Shown piece by piece: positions 38,578 through 47,565 of a DNA stretch of 64,000 bases (positions are counted from its first letter, which is position 1; each line of letters starts with the position of its first letter). Made by a program: the position numbers and the translations under genes. The stretch comes from an uncultured archaeon (GTDB taxonomy: Archaea; Asgardarchaeota; Thorarchaeia; Thorarchaeales; Thorarchaeaceae). The stretch is taken from contig CAYYQL010000002.1 in assembly GCA_964473825.1 (NCBI GenBank), forward strand, positions 205,288 through 269,287, given 5' to 3'. The notes below the pieces were generated by a model. That model saw only the letters and a program-made list of their open reading frames with translations. It made no database searches and had not been told where the DNA came from.

Positions 38578-40176
38578 TTGACGCCCCCGGATAGACGCAA
38601 GGTACTACGCAGACTTCTTGATGCCGGCCTACAGGTGACACCAGATGCGTTGGACTATGTCGTCACTTGTGCATCATCATATGGGATGGTTGATGAAATA
38701 ATACGAAGAAGAGAGGTATTCGAAGACGTTCCAGTTGTTCGTACCGAGGATTTCGTCCGCTTCTTCTCCAAGATGGATGATAATTCCGACAGAGGAGTAG
38801 ATGCTGGTCAATCAGATCAATTGATGCAGGAGATTTCACCACAATCAAATAATCGGGATTTGAAATGGGATTATGAGATCACCAAGAACCCGACAAGCGA
38901 CTCGTATGGGTCCTCTGGTGATATTGAAGACTTTCTGATGCTCTTCTTGGACAGATATCGAGCAATTGAAAGGATTTACAGAAAGAGGTTAGATACTCGT
39001 GGGGCAGTATCACCCAGCAAAGCAAAACAAGCGAAGCACATCGCCAGTCGGAACCGAGCTCTCAGAAGGGGGGGAGAGCGAACTCAGAAAGCACCCACTC
39101 AAATAGTAATGGGAATCGTTAAGACCAAGACCATATCGAAATCCCGGAATGTTGTGATTGAGCTGGAGGACAAGGAGGGCTCAATAATTTGCGTCATTCC
39201 TGCTGCTATGAGAAGGAGTAATGGAGAGGCTCTAGTAGAAAGGGGGAATGCATTACTACTCGATGAAATCGTTTGTGTGTCAGGAAGAGTCGACTCAGAA
39301 GGCAGGCTCATTGCAGAAGACGTTTTGTTCCCCGACATCCCAACAGCTCGCATCATTCGGAGATCTAGAAGAGATGTCAATGCAGTATTCATATCTGACC
39401 TTCATTGTGGCAGTACAGAATTTCTAGATGATGATTTTGATAGATTCATCAACTGGCTGAGAGGAAAAGATGTGGACAGTTCGGAGAAGGGCGTAGTTGA
39501 GAATGTAAGGTATCTCTTCATAGCGGGCGATCTTTGTGACGGAATAGGAGTGTATCCAGGTCAAAGAAACAACCTTCTAATTGATGACATAGTAGAGCAG
39601 TACTCCTATCTAGCTGAGAAGTTGAAGAAGCTTCCTGATAGGATTAAGATATTTTGCATCCCAGGAAATCACGATGCTTGCAGGCAGGCCCTTCCAAGAC
39701 CTCCAATCCCCAAGGAGTTTTCACCAGCATTGTACGCCCTTGAAGACAGACTAACAATGTTAGGAGATCCAAGCCAGCTTATCGTTGAGGGAGTCAATAT
39801 CCTTGTCACACATGGCGATTCCTTAGATGACCTTGTCACTCAGATTCCCGGAGCCTCTTACAAGAATCCAGAGATTTCTATGATAGAACTGCTGAGAAAG
39901 CGTCATTTGGCGCCGCTCTATGGAGGTAAGACAGAATTGGCGCCGCTTCACAAAGATTGGATGGTCATTGATGAGCCACCAGACATAGTTCATTTCGGGC
40001 ATGCCCATCATAATGCTGTTGATAGCTATCGGGGAGTCCGAATCATCAACTCGGGAACCTTTCAAGATCAGACTGATTTCATGAAAAAGCAAGGTGTGGA
40101 ACCTACGCCAGGAATTGTTACCATTGTGAATCTTAAGACGCTTGCACCAGAAATCAAAATCTTTCATCGGTATTGA
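38578..40176 (+). CDS. polB: DNA polymerase D small (exonuclease) subunit DP1
   Basis: OB fold; ISDLHCGS; AGDLCDGIGVYPGQ; PGNHD; RHLAPLYG; GHAH; NSGTFQDQT. Confidence 0.93.
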   Translation: MTPPDRRKVLRRLLDAGLQVTPDALDYVVTCASSYGMVDEIIRRREVFEDVPVVRTEDFVRFFSKMDDNSDRGVDAGQSDQLMQEISPQSNNRDLKWDYEITKNPTSDSYGSSGDIEDFLMLFLDRYRAIERIYRKRLDTRGAVSPSKAKQAKHIASRNRALRRGGERTQKAPTQIVMGIVKTKTISKSRNVVIELEDKEGSIICVIPAAMRRSNGEALVERGNALLLDEIVCVSGRVDSEGRLIAEDVLFPDIPTARIIRRSRRDVNAVFISDLHCGSTEFLDDDFDRFINWLRGKDVDSSEKGVVENVRYLFIAGDLCDGIGVYPGQRNNLLIDDIVEQYSYLAEKLKKLPDRIKIFCIPGNHDACRQALPRPPIPKEFSPALYALEDRLTMLGDPSQLIVEGVNILVTHGDSLDDLVTQIPGASYKNPEISMIELLRKRHLAPLYGGKTELAPLHKDWMVIDEPPDIVHFGHAHHNAVDSYRGVRIINSGTFQDQTDFMKKQGVEPTPGIVTIVNLKTLAPEIKIFHRY

Positions 40177-40309
40177 GACTGCTTCATAGTGGGCATCTGG
40201 ATAATCTGTTTCTTACAATTTGGTAAGTCAACTTCACCTCTAGGAAACTTCTGCGTTCTACCTCTCCACTATCATGACCGACATAACTTATCAAAAGGGA
40301 GGAAATCTT

Positions 40310-40371
40310 ACACATTTCTTACATATGAGGACTTGATTCCTTTAGATATATGTAAGATTCTGGTCTTCTGG
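40310..40371. repeat. 62-bp dispersed repeat, copy 2
   Basis: Direct repeat of 35091..35152; all five differences lie in the 21-nt spacer between the inverted arms. Confidence 0.9.
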
Positions 40372-40510
40372 TTTCATGTTCACATATGTCCAATTAAAAC
40401 CCCCGGCTTCCTAGCGGCTCGGAAAACGATTCAAGTCAGGAGCTGTAATCTAGTGGAGAATCAAGACGATGCTTCTCAAGTACAGCCTGTCAAATTTTGC
40501 ATTTAAGAAT

Positions 40511-40654
40511 TGGCGCCGGGGATGGGATTTTCGAATTGAGCCGAAGAGGTTCAATCGTTCGAACCCATGAGCCTCAAGGGCAATGGCTTTCGAGACCATC
40601 TCCGTGTGTGTTGCAACAAGAGGCCTTATCACAAAACCACTTAGATACCCCGGC
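40511..40654 (-). tRNA. tRNA-Ser(CGA) with two introns: D-loop ~20a/21 (40606..40634) and 59/60 (40528..40557); CCA encoded
   Basis: Acceptor GCCGGGG/CCCCGGC; ATGGT-CTCGAAA-GCCAT; long variable arm; T-loop BHB TTCG/CGAA with bulges AAC and AAT; D-loop junction less certain. Confidence 0.85.
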
Positions 40655-40830
40655 TGTGAGAGGTCTTAGTTGCTTCCGATATAACGTTAATGTATTGTCT
40701 TCTTGTTATTCGCCCAGTTGTTCCGCAGAGTTGATGGTAGATCATTCGTGAAACCGAATGGTCGGAGGTCAACCAGATACAAGGAAATATGCTTGCACCT
40801 AGTTCATGCAGGCGCCAAATCCCCTCAAAT

Positions 40831-41175
40831 CTAGAAAGTGATTATATCAAACCCTTTTGTACTGAACCCTAGAAGGTCGGAATGTCCGGCTAGTTCTCCC
40901 TTCAGCGGAACACGAAGTTTCTCTGCAGCTTCTGTAGCAGAGAAATTGGCAGTACACGCTCTACAGGCGTGATCGATGATTCCCTTCTCCATCGCCTTTT
41001 CGAATGCAGGCAGTCTAATCGACTTGTCAGCAATCCCAATCAACAGTCTCGGCGACCCGCACTCAAGAACTACGGCCACTTCATGTCCGTGCTCATGGTA
41101 GTTATTGGCATTCAACAGGATATGCATTAGGTGCATATTGTTGTCTTCGGTAGCAAGAAACATGACCTTCATCAT
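40831..41175 (-). CDS. DsrE/F-like small protein
   Basis: GHEVAVVLE; ACRACT; GFDIITF ending typical of the DsrE family. Confidence 0.7.
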   Translation of the reverse strand: MMKVMFLATEDNNMHLMHILLNANNYHEHGHEVAVVLECGSPRLLIGIADKSIRLPAFEKAMEKGIIDHACRACTANFSATEAAEKLRVPLKGELAGHSDLLGFSTKGFDIITF

Positions 41176-41244
41176 TATCGTTGGAGCCTACAAAGAACGA
41201 TGTATTGAGGATTTTGCCTCTGACCAAATACAGTTTCAAGAAGA

Positions 41245-41332
41245 TGGTGCGGAGGACGAGATTTGAACTCGTGAACTCCTACGAGACAAGGACCTAAACC
41301 TTGCGCCTTTAACCTAGCTTGGCAACCTCCGC
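41245..41332 (-). tRNA. tRNA-Leu(UAG), intron-less; CCA encoded
   Basis: GCGGAGG/CCTCCGC acceptor; CAAGG-TTTAGGT-CCTTG anticodon arm; long variable arm. Confidence 0.95.
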
Positions 41333-41558
41333 GTAATTCGAATTGGCAGTGAGTTTCGATATAACGATTTTGGCGTCACAACATCGACAGAATGACCCGC
41401 TCATTATTCTCAAGATTTGCACACATACGTAACCCATGTCACAATGTTTTTATTCACCTCAGAAGTCGTTCGCGAAGTTACCCTGCTGAGAGTGGGATAA
41501 ATCACAAGTCTTAATGGCATCCCATTTTTGAAATCAGGTAAGAGCGTGATGAATAGAT

Positions 41559-42209
41559 ATGTCATCTAGAAGTCGACAGGCAGCCGCAAGAACCAGAGAC
41601 AAATGGCGTGAGAAAACATGGTATCAGATTCTTGCACCCGACTATTTCGACAACAAAGAGATTGGCCGAACTCCAGCTGGAAACCCTGACCTTCTAATTG
41701 GTCGAACACTACAACCCACGCTCTATGATCTGACTGGAGACTTCGACCAGATCCATGTAAAGCTCAGATTCAAGATATTTGAGGTCAAGGGCCAGCAGGC
41801 GAACACAGTCTTCCATGGTCACGAATGGAGTTCAGATTACCTTCGTGGGCTTGTCAGAAGAGGCACAACAAGAATAGATTGGATTGGGCCCATACTCACA
41901 AAAGACGATTATCTCATGCGAATTTCCGTGATAGTGTTCACCACAACCCGTGCTAAGACCAGTCAAGAGCATTCAGTCCGAAAGGCAATAGAAAAGGTCA
42001 TCCGCACTCATGCGAAGAAGCATACCTTTGAAGAGCTAGTGCAGAAGGTTGTTCTAGGCGAACTTGCAGGGGAGGTAAATGACGTTGTTAGGGTCATTAT
42101 ACCCATTCGCCAGTGCGAGATTCGGAAGAGTAAGGTGCTAAAAGGTCCTGAGGAAGTCAAAGCAAGAAGGACAAGGCTACGAAGGAACTCGTCAGACAAG
42201 GGCAAGTGA
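41559..42209 (+). CDS. rps3ae: 30S ribosomal protein S3Ae (eS1)
   Basis: RDKWREKTWYQILAP; LYDLTGD; DYLRGLVRR; IRKSKVL. Confidence 0.95.
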   Translation: MSSRSRQAAARTRDKWREKTWYQILAPDYFDNKEIGRTPAGNPDLLIGRTLQPTLYDLTGDFDQIHVKLRFKIFEVKGQQANTVFHGHEWSSDYLRGLVRRGTTRIDWIGPILTKDDYLMRISVIVFTTTRAKTSQEHSVRKAIEKVIRTHAKKHTFEELVQKVVLGELAGEVNDVVRVIIPIRQCEIRKSKVLKGPEEVKARRTRLRRNSSDKGK

Positions 42210-42246
42210 CCACCGATTAGATACTTTCGCAGTCTCATGCCATCAA

Positions 42247-42606
42247 TCAGTATCTCTCAAGCTTTTCGAGGGATTTTAGTAGCATAAGAAGAAGATTAGC
42301 AAGGCGGGTCAGTGTATCAACATCATTCTCCCCCTCAAGGGCCTCATTCAGGGCGCTCAGCTTCCTAATTATGCTGACCTGTAAGGCTGAGAACACAGAG
42401 CCATTGATCTTCTTCTCCAGAGAAACATTATCTGTTCTCTCCTTGCCCACACGGCGATTACATGTGGTGCAGAATACTTCGTTGCCTGCTTTCATGAGTG
42501 GAGAACCGCAGTTAGGACATGGTTGTGCGAGCATGGTGGCTCCCCTACGCAATAAATCTGCCATTCTCTTGACTGAGAGATTGTCCTTGTCGTTCATTTG
42601 ATACAC
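42247..42606 (-). CDS. UPF0148 / SSSCA1-like Zn-ribbon protein
   Basis: MADLLRRGATMLAQPCPNCGSPL...VFCTTC. Confidence 0.85.
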   Translation of the reverse strand: MYQMNDKDNLSVKRMADLLRRGATMLAQPCPNCGSPLMKAGNEVFCTTCNRRVGKERTDNVSLEKKINGSVFSALQVSIIRKLSALNEALEGENDVDTLTRLANLLLMLLKSLEKLERY

Positions 42607-42778
42607 AAAGATACATTATGCAGGAACTGAGATATAAGGAGTAATGCCGGGCCAATCTCAAACTCCCTCCCAATACTGAAGGGGCCATGCCAAAATGCCT
42701 ATATGCCAATGAGAGTTGAGGGTCCTTCGTTATTCGCACTCCATCAGTGCGCAGAGACAATTCCGAGGTGAGTCCAAA

Positions 42779-43042
42779 ATGGACCCCGAAATACAGAAGA
42801 ACATTGACCAGTCTAAGCACCTACTAAAGCAAATATCCGAGGATTCTTCGGTTCCCAGAAACATACGGCGCGCGGCGAATGAAGCAATAGCCATTCTCGA
42901 AAACGAAGGTGATTCGCCAGCTGCAAGGGCGCAGAATGCAATATCCATGCTTGACGAGCCCAGCCAAGACCCTAACTGTCCAAATCACGCTCGGACAAAG
43001 ATATGGCATGTTTCCAGTCTTCTGGAACCCATACGGGACTAG
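42779..43042 (+). CDS. UPF0147 family protein
   Basis: DSSVPRNIRRAA; DPNCPNHARTKIW; SD GAGGTGA upstream of ATG 42779. Confidence 0.9.
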   Translation: MDPEIQKNIDQSKHLLKQISEDSSVPRNIRRAANEAIAILENEGDSPAARAQNAISMLDEPSQDPNCPNHARTKIWHVSSLLEPIRD

Positions 43043-43123
43043 AGAGGGTATCTCTCTTTGACAGGGGCTGTTGGTTTCTGTTAGAGGAAAAAAAGGAGCC
43101 GTTCATTTGAGGATCAGTGTTCA

Positions 43124-44593
43124 TTGATGATAAAGGCGAGAATCAGAGGTATCTATTCGCACTCATTGACCCAGATAATGCTACAAAATCATTTTGAAAT
43201 GGCCCAACCTACACCTGAAGTTGCAAGACGGTTTGGCCTACCTTTTAGAAAAGAAATCCCAGATATCGACATCTGGGACCGAAGCGATCTGCAGGGTATT
43301 GTTGCAATCGCGTACGAATCGATACTTGAACGTCTGACGGAAGTACTGAGGAGAAGACTAGGATGGGTTGTCATTCGAACCCCCAGAGTTGCAAAGAGCT
43401 CGATCTATCGAGGCATTATTCTGGGTAGAGACGAGAAGACCGGCCAAACGCGGGTAGATCTGGGTTCAGTTTCTGGTCTTCTTCCTGAGAGAGGGCTACG
43501 GCGCGGTGCTATAATCATGGTTCAAGTAAAGGCTCATGACTATGGACGAAAGTCTCCCGTACTCTCTTCGAGTATCACTATTCCTGGTCGCGCAGCAGTT
43601 CTTCTTCCGGAGCCTGTTGTCAGACTCAGCACAAAAATCAAGGATTCTGAGATGCGCAGAGAACTCACTGCTCTGGGCAAGAACCTGAAACGATACACAG
43701 ATGGATGGGGAATTCTTTGGCGTACTGCAGCTAGGAATCTCACTCAGGAGGAACTCCGTCTAGAGGTTGAAGACCTTCTTGACGTAACTCGCCAGATATA
43801 TAGCAACTATAATGATGGAGAGCGCCCAGGACTGCTTTTCGAGGGTACAAGTAATGCAGACATAGAATTTCCTGCAGAAGTGAAGCAAGCTTTGGACGAA
43901 ACAAGGTCCAAAATAAGACCAACAATCGATAGACATCATTATTACAAAAGTGCCGGTTATGCATCCTTGGTTGATTTTGCAGAATCAATAATTGAGGAGC
44001 GGCCGGAGGAACGGAGATACATAACATCCAAACTGGAACGAGTTGTCGAACTTGACTTGCCTAGAAAAGGTGATCCAGTAAACATAGAACACGTGAAACT
44101 CGATGGACGCAACATTATTCTATCTCGTGGACGAGTTGTTAGTTCAGATTCATCAGGATTCTCTATCAAACGGCAGTTCCGTTATACTAATCGGAAGCTA
44201 AAACTCAATGAGGATGTTCCCGACGGGGTAGATGTGCCACGAGATGAAGGTGACTATGCCATAGCCAAAGTAGTGCCTGGTTCTCTCACACTTGTAACTG
44301 AATATTACTCACGCAAAGGCACACTGAAAGGTACGTATATCAATATGAACACGGGTGTTGAGGTCTATCCAAACAACGGAACAAACCCAAGTCGTGTAAG
44401 ATATCTGGATCTTGAGATTGACGTAATCAGTCTTCCCGGGGATGGCAACGTACGGATAATAGATCAACACCTGCTCAAGCGAGCAGTTCAGAGAGGGTTT
44501 ATCACTAAAGATATGGCTCAAATGGCTAGAGAAAAGGCCCAATCAATCTACAAAGAAGTTGGTGGCCTACCAGAAGAGCAGCATGAGCCGTAA
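43124..44593 (+). CDS. fau-1: RNase FAU-1 (RNase E/G-like + DUF402)
   Basis: RIRGIYSHSLT; WGILWRTAA; HHYYKS; YINMNTGVE; RYLDLEIDV. Confidence 0.88.
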   Translation: MMIKARIRGIYSHSLTQIMLQNHFEMAQPTPEVARRFGLPFRKEIPDIDIWDRSDLQGIVAIAYESILERLTEVLRRRLGWVVIRTPRVAKSSIYRGIILGRDEKTGQTRVDLGSVSGLLPERGLRRGAIIMVQVKAHDYGRKSPVLSSSITIPGRAAVLLPEPVVRLSTKIKDSEMRRELTALGKNLKRYTDGWGILWRTAARNLTQEELRLEVEDLLDVTRQIYSNYNDGERPGLLFEGTSNADIEFPAEVKQALDETRSKIRPTIDRHHYYKSAGYASLVDFAESIIEERPEERRYITSKLERVVELDLPRKGDPVNIEHVKLDGRNIILSRGRVVSSDSSGFSIKRQFRYTNRKLKLNEDVPDGVDVPRDEGDYAIAKVVPGSLTLVTEYYSRKGTLKGTYINMNTGVEVYPNNGTNPSRVRYLDLEIDVISLPGDGNVRIIDQHLLKRAVQRGFITKDMAQMAREKAQSIYKEVGGLPEEQHEP

Positions 44594-44594
44594 T

Positions 44595-44846
44595 CTACCG
44601 TTCATTTTCAGCAAGAGTCTCAATCATTCTTACAGACAAGTCCACAGCGCCCATCAAGTCTTCAATGGTAGCCATGAAGGACTCGATATTTCTATGACAA
44701 CTGACCCCCAGTATCAATTGTTTACCTTTCCTTTGTGATTTCACCATCAAACCGTCTGGAAGTGGTACATTGTCCGGTTCAACTGAAGAAAGGACCGTTT
44801 CTGCATCCTCCTTGGACTTTAGATTTAGTCTGATTTCTGCTCTCAA
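44595..44846 (-). CDS. pcc1: KEOPS complex subunit Pcc1
   Basis: AETVLSSVEPDN...SFMATIEDL; conserved rps15-DHH-pcc1 context. Confidence 0.8.
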   Translation of the reverse strand: MRAEIRLNLKSKEDAETVLSSVEPDNVPLPDGLMVKSQRKGKQLILGVSCHRNIESFMATIEDLMGAVDLSVRMIETLAENER

Positions 44847-46159
44847 TCCGTTTCCTCACTCCCGGACGCCGAGTTCAACAACACCTCTCCTACAGCACGT
44901 CCAATAATGGAGATTTTTTCATCTATCCGTAAGGACCGGTAGGATGTAGATACAGACTCTATAGCCGCCTCATGCAGCATTTTCATAATCATCTGGAGAC
45001 TATGCTCTTCTCTCTTCCATACCAAGTGGGTTTCATTACTGTTTCCCAACAATAAGAAATCATCGTGAAGCATTCCATTCTGAGATGCAATAATGCCAAG
45101 CGTCGGAAGCAGATCAGATCCAACATTCACCTCCAGCTCTACCACGCGACTATCAGCAATATTGGATTCTTTGTCGATGGCTGCGAACATCTGTGGTAGT
45201 GCATCCAATGATCGCTTGCTTAGTGATAGGGATTCATCAATCAGCGTTCTCAATTGCTGAGCTCTGTCCCCAAAGCACATCGCTGCGCTCAGGCCGTACT
45301 TGTTCCGTATCCATGCTACCTTGAAAAGAACCATCATGTTCGAGAAGAATCTCATGGGACCATTGCCTTTCTCATCGGGGAACACCAAATCCTGCCCGAA
45401 CACCTCGGAAATCAGTCGCGAATCAAGCAGAGGGATCAGATTCTCACTAAGGCTCTGCTGTTCCTTTGTGTCTAGGTCAAGAATCGGATTTCCTCTCTTG
45501 CTGAAAGGAATGTCCGCCTCGTCTAGCAGTTCTTCACATGCCACTCTATCACCACTAAGATTGGAAAGATATGGAAACATGCTATACTCGAGCGATTCAA
45601 TGAGGGGCAGAAAATTACTCCCGAACAACAAGAAACCCTTTCGAATATCAGCAACTCCGTGTTCTCTACAATAGCCAAGAATATCCTCGGCAGTTTCCTC
45701 TTTCCGACTACCCGCCAAGGTCCCAGCCAGTGCCAGTTTCAATTCGTTGCTACCAACGCGCAGTTTTTCTGATGCCAGAGCATAGGCTGCTAGTGTTTCT
45801 TCTCCCTGCCGGCCAAGTGTAATTGATGAAGAATCTGCGTCTGAAACCCCCATGACAAAAACCTGATTGCCTAGGTCCAGATTCTCGTCAGGATTTACCC
45901 CCACAATTGCCAATCTGCAGCGAGGATGCGCCTCAAGAATCTCTTCAATCCTCTTTGCGGAATAGACGGGTTCGCCATACTTAATATGAAAAGTGCCCTT
46001 CACTCTCAGCATTGCCATAGAAAGCAGCACGCTCGCCATAATACACTCGGGCATAGGTGCTGTCAGAATTACTAAATACGAGTCTCCACTCAAGTCTACT
46101 TCATCACAAGCCTGCCTAATGGCTTTCAATCTTGGAACGTCAAATGCAGCCTCTTTCAT
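44843..46159 (-). CDS. Degenerate DHH/RecJ-like protein (GAN/Cdc45 family, apparently inactive)
   Basis: Lies between rps15 and pcc1; LIESLEYSMFPYLSNLSG region typical of archaeal RecJ/GAN; DxDG and DHH motifs absent. Confidence 0.7.
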   Translation of the reverse strand: MKEAAFDVPRLKAIRQACDEVDLSGDSYLVILTAPMPECIMASVLLSMAMLRVKGTFHIKYGEPVYSAKRIEEILEAHPRCRLAIVGVNPDENLDLGNQVFVMGVSDADSSSITLGRQGEETLAAYALASEKLRVGSNELKLALAGTLAGSRKEETAEDILGYCREHGVADIRKGFLLFGSNFLPLIESLEYSMFPYLSNLSGDRVACEELLDEADIPFSKRGNPILDLDTKEQQSLSENLIPLLDSRLISEVFGQDLVFPDEKGNGPMRFFSNMMVLFKVAWIRNKYGLSAAMCFGDRAQQLRTLIDESLSLSKRSLDALPQMFAAIDKESNIADSRVVELEVNVGSDLLPTLGIIASQNGMLHDDFLLLGNSNETHLVWKREEHSLQMIMKMLHEAAIESVSTSYRSLRIDEKISIIGRAVGEVLLNSASGSEETD

Positions 46160-46193
46160 CTTGAGGCCGGAAAGCTCGGCGGTTATGATAAAA

Positions 46194-46649
46194 CTATCTC
46201 AGCAAGACTGCGGCTTGTTCTGGAGAGTACTTCCAGTCAGCTGGAAGAATCTTTCTTCTCCTGTAGTACTTGGAGAGTCTATGGATCTTGCTTTCAGTCA
46301 ACTTCAGACCGCGTTTGGAGACGTAATCTTTCCTATTCTCCTCCAAGTGTCTTCGAATAACTGCAGCCTTCGCAATCAGATTCCTAAGGTCTTCAGGTAC
46401 TCTTCTTTCGAGCTCATTTTCCCTGATTATCTGAAGAATTCTCTTGCCAGTGACAACCTTGACAAGAGGAACACCATACTGATCACGAAGGATCATCCCA
46501 ATCATACTTGGCGTATTGCCTTCTTTGGCAAGTTCGAGAACCTTCTCCTCAACCCAATCTGCATCCTTGTCCATCCACTCTGGGACACGAAGTGTTGAAG
46601 GTCGCTTGCTTCCGGATTGGCCTTTGCGTCTTGTGTGCATTCTTGCCAT
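46194..46649 (-). CDS. rps15: 30S ribosomal protein S15 (uS15/S13e)
   Basis: MARMHTRRKGQSGSKRP; GMILRDQYG; PEDL; ESKIHRL..YY. Confidence 0.96.
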   Translation of the reverse strand: MARMHTRRKGQSGSKRPSTLRVPEWMDKDADWVEEKVLELAKEGNTPSMIGMILRDQYGVPLVKVVTGKRILQIIRENELERRVPEDLRNLIAKAAVIRRHLEENRKDYVSKRGLKLTESKIHRLSKYYRRRKILPADWKYSPEQAAVLLR

Positions 46650-46920
46650 AAGAACGGCTCCTGTTTCTTGAGATTCCATGTACTGCTCGTTGGGCGAAAG
46701 TGAGCACGGGATTCTTAGTTCACCGTCAATAGTTTCAGGAACGAACTAAGTGAAACGTGATTCACATTATGATGCTTCAAGATAGTTGCTGAATTCTGTG
46801 GTCTTCAAGCATTCACAGCTTGCCGTCCAGACTCTTCCACTTCTATAGCATCAGTAGGTCGCCCTAAACATCGGCTCCTTTCCTCCGCTCTTGACAGCGG
46901 ATATAAACATTCCCTTGTGT

Positions 46921-47565
46921 CTAGTGATACCTTCCTCTCTCGCGAATCTCTTCCATTCTGGATATTGCTTCTTCAGCATCTTCTCGTGCAGTGACTGCAT
47001 ATCCCTTCAGAATCCTTTCCAGCAATTCATCTTGATGAGCCCAATGTGTAGTTTCAAGGGCTCGTCTGATTAGATGGAGATCAACTCCTTTCATTTCCAC
47101 ATCCGCATTCCATTCTGCCAATCCAAAGTCAACGAGCCAGATCTTGTCCGAATCATCAACTATCACGTTACTTGTGGTAGGATCACCATGTACCACTCCC
47201 CCCTTATGCATCAAGGCTATGAGCTTCCCGAATTTCTCGAATAGCTTTTCTGAGTAGTTCAGGGGTTTCTCATCAACTATCGACTTCAACTGGCTTCCCT
47301 TGATGTAATCCATAGTTATCGAATAGTTCAGCAAGTCTATGGAATAGACGGCCGGCGTTGGCACACCCAGTCCACGAACAAATGACAGCATTCTACATTC
47401 TCGAATCGTCCTTGATCTTCTGAGTGCAATGTCAATCTCTTCGAAAAGATACGGCTTCGCAGGTCTGGTCTTCACAATCAAGGAGCGACCCCACTTCTTC
47501 ACAAGAAAGATGCACGACTCTGCCCCCAGAGCCCATATCTCCTGCTTCACCTCGTCCCTCTCCAC
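46921..47565 (-). CDS. bud32: KEOPS kinase Bud32
   Basis: GAES; RTIREC; HGDPTTSN; VDFGL; KGVDLHL; RERGRY. Confidence 0.92.
   Translation of the reverse strand: MERDEVKQEIWALGAESCIFLVKKWGRSLIVKTRPAKPYLFEEIDIALRRSRTIRECRMLSFVRGLGVPTPAVYSIDLLNYSITMDYIKGSQLKSIVDEKPLNYSEKLFEKFGKLIALMHKGGVVHGDPTTSNVIVDDSDKIWLVDFGLAEWNADVEMKGVDLHLIRRALETTHWAHQDELLERILKGYAVTAREDAEEAISRMEEIRERGRYH

Noticed and set aside
35091-40371. 62-bp repeats as att sites, CRISPR repeats or a cobalamin riboswitch (CCAGAAGACC resembles part of the B12 box)
   Set aside because: The enclosed genes are housekeeping with no recombinase; only two distant copies without spacer periodicity; the rest of the cobalamin aptamer is absent
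40189-40751. ORFs 40189..40506, 40450..40632 and 40497..40751
   Set aside because: Overlap the repeat or tRNA-Ser; no recognisable domains
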